Assembly: GCA_051599415.1 (NCBI GenBank)
Contig: AP039691.1
Coordinates: 124,001-188,000, forward strand
Length of the DNA stretch: 64,000 nt
Direction: 5' to 3'
From: Savitreella phatthalungensis
Lineage: Eukaryota
Part shown: positions 62,888 to 64,000 of the stretch, piece after piece
Layout: the number at the start of each line of letters is the position of its first letter
Position numbering within the stretch: position 1 is the first letter of the stretch
Program-made: the position numbers and the translations under genes
Notes under the pieces: model-generated
The model's database searches: none
Seen by the model: only the letters and a program-made list of their open reading frames with translations
What the model was told of the DNA's origin: nothing

Positions 62888-63970
62888 ATGCGACTGAATC
62901 GTATCTCATTCATCCTTTGTCTGCTACTGCAAGCAGCTTGCCACGACATCATCCATCGGACGCGCAGCTGGGCACTCGAACGCATCTCCTTGCAGCGCGA
63001 ACGACCCAACATGCAGATCCAACGGGCTCGCGAGGAGTTGGGGTTGGATGCATTCCACTATCTGTATGAGTCTCTTGCCAAAGGCGTCGGCTCGCACGTT
63101 TACATTCTCGGGTCCGGTATTGCGTGCGATGCCGACTTCTTCGACGGCCATGCACACTGCTCACCGGCTGCGGACGTACGATCATTCAGCCACATTCGAT
63201 CGCTGACAGGCAAGTCGCCCTCATCACTCGACACTAAAGGCGATTCGACGGCGACCTGCGTAGCATCCGTTGTAGGCCACTCGAGCATTGGCGTCTCCCC
63301 GAACGCTACGATTCACTCCGTCAAGATACTCTCCGGCACGTCCCACTACGCACGCACCTCCTCGATCATCAAAGGAATCGAATACGTTATCACCCGTCAG
63401 CGACTCGGCCACCATTCCGTCTTGCCGATCCTCGTCAACACCTTGATGATGACCAGGAACGGCCAAGGCGCTATTCAGACCGCATTCGATCAAGCCATTT
63501 CAGCCAAAGTGGTAGTCGTCTCGTCAGCTGGCGTAGAGCAGAAAGACGCTTCATATCTGATTCCGCACGAAAACCCCGGAGTGATCGTCGTCGGTGGGAC
63601 AACGATCAAGGATGAGTGGTGGCAGCCAAGCAATCACGGTCCAACGGTCACTCTGCTTGCGCCTGCAGAGCGTGTGCCGGTCAATATGGTCGTCAGGACA
63701 GGTCCAAAAAGATCCATCACGATTGAAGTTAGCAGCTATTCATCGTCCACGCTGTTGGCAGCGTCTCTCGTCGCAGGAACCTTAGCCAATTGGCAGTCAT
63801 ACCGAACCATTCGTGAAGTGCCAAATCTCACCCCTGCGCGACTCAAAGCTCTTCTCCTCGCACAGACTAATCCTGACCGGATCGACAATGTCCCAAGCAA
63901 CACCGTTAATAAGCTCCTGTTTGCAAGACCGCCTGAGTATCCTGCTGGGACGGCGGCTGCAGCTGCGTAG
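62888..63970 (+). CDS. Secreted subtilase-like pseudoprotease #6
   Basis: SWALERIS; YILGSGI (D>G), DSTATCVAS (His lost), STLLAAS (S>L); SNHGPTVTLLAP, TVNKLLFARPPEYPAGTAAAAA. Confidence 0.85.
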   Translation: MRLNRISFILCLLLQAACHDIIHRTRSWALERISLQRERPNMQIQRAREELGLDAFHYLYESLAKGVGSHVYILGSGIACDADFFDGHAHCSPAADVRSFSHIRSLTGKSPSSLDTKGDSTATCVASVVGHSSIGVSPNATIHSVKILSGTSHYARTSSIIKGIEYVITRQRLGHHSVLPILVNTLMMTRNGQGAIQTAFDQAISAKVVVVSSAGVEQKDASYLIPHENPGVIVVGGTTIKDEWWQPSNHGPTVTLLAPAERVPVNMVVRTGPKRSITIEVSSYSSSTLLAASLVAGTLANWQSYRTIREVPNLTPARLKALLLAQTNPDRIDNVPSNTVNKLLFARPPEYPAGTAAAAA

Positions 63971-64000
63971 GGGCTGTTCGCTCGAAGGAGAACAGAGATA

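Overview
This is a compact, nearly intron-free eukaryotic window, most likely fungal. The gene set and architecture suggest an early-diverging ascomycete (Taphrinomycotina-like); that placement is inference. It holds about 33 protein-coding loci and one intron-containing tRNA-Lys(CUU). Housekeeping genes include DNA ligase IV, CSN5, MCM-BP, RFC4 (one intron), RCE1, a Zrg17-like CDF, UPRTase, GDA1, Las1, Pol delta (POL3), a steroid 5-alpha-reductase, a type I DnaJ and a Faf1-like protein. Two accessory islands encode secreted proteins. The first (9.8-16.9 kb, minus strand) has a K/E/P/Y-repeat protein, two GH45 subfamily-B glucanases (one split by an in-frame TGA) and an extensin-like repeat protein, all with similar TATA elements. 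The second (56.2-64 kb) is a tandem array of six diverged proteinase K-like subtilases that all lack the I9 prodomain; only the first keeps the Asp/His/Ser triad. This array is the strongest candidate for an undescribed system. Also notable: a NAP histone-chaperone/O-methyltransferase fusion ORF, a bacterial-looking DUF924 gene, a Raf2/RFTS-like protein with UIM-like motifs, a DUF262 (ParB/GmrSD-like) gene, a divergent eIF4E, MCB boxes at replication-gene promoters, and CpG-free intergenic islands. All family assignments come from motif recognition, not database searches.
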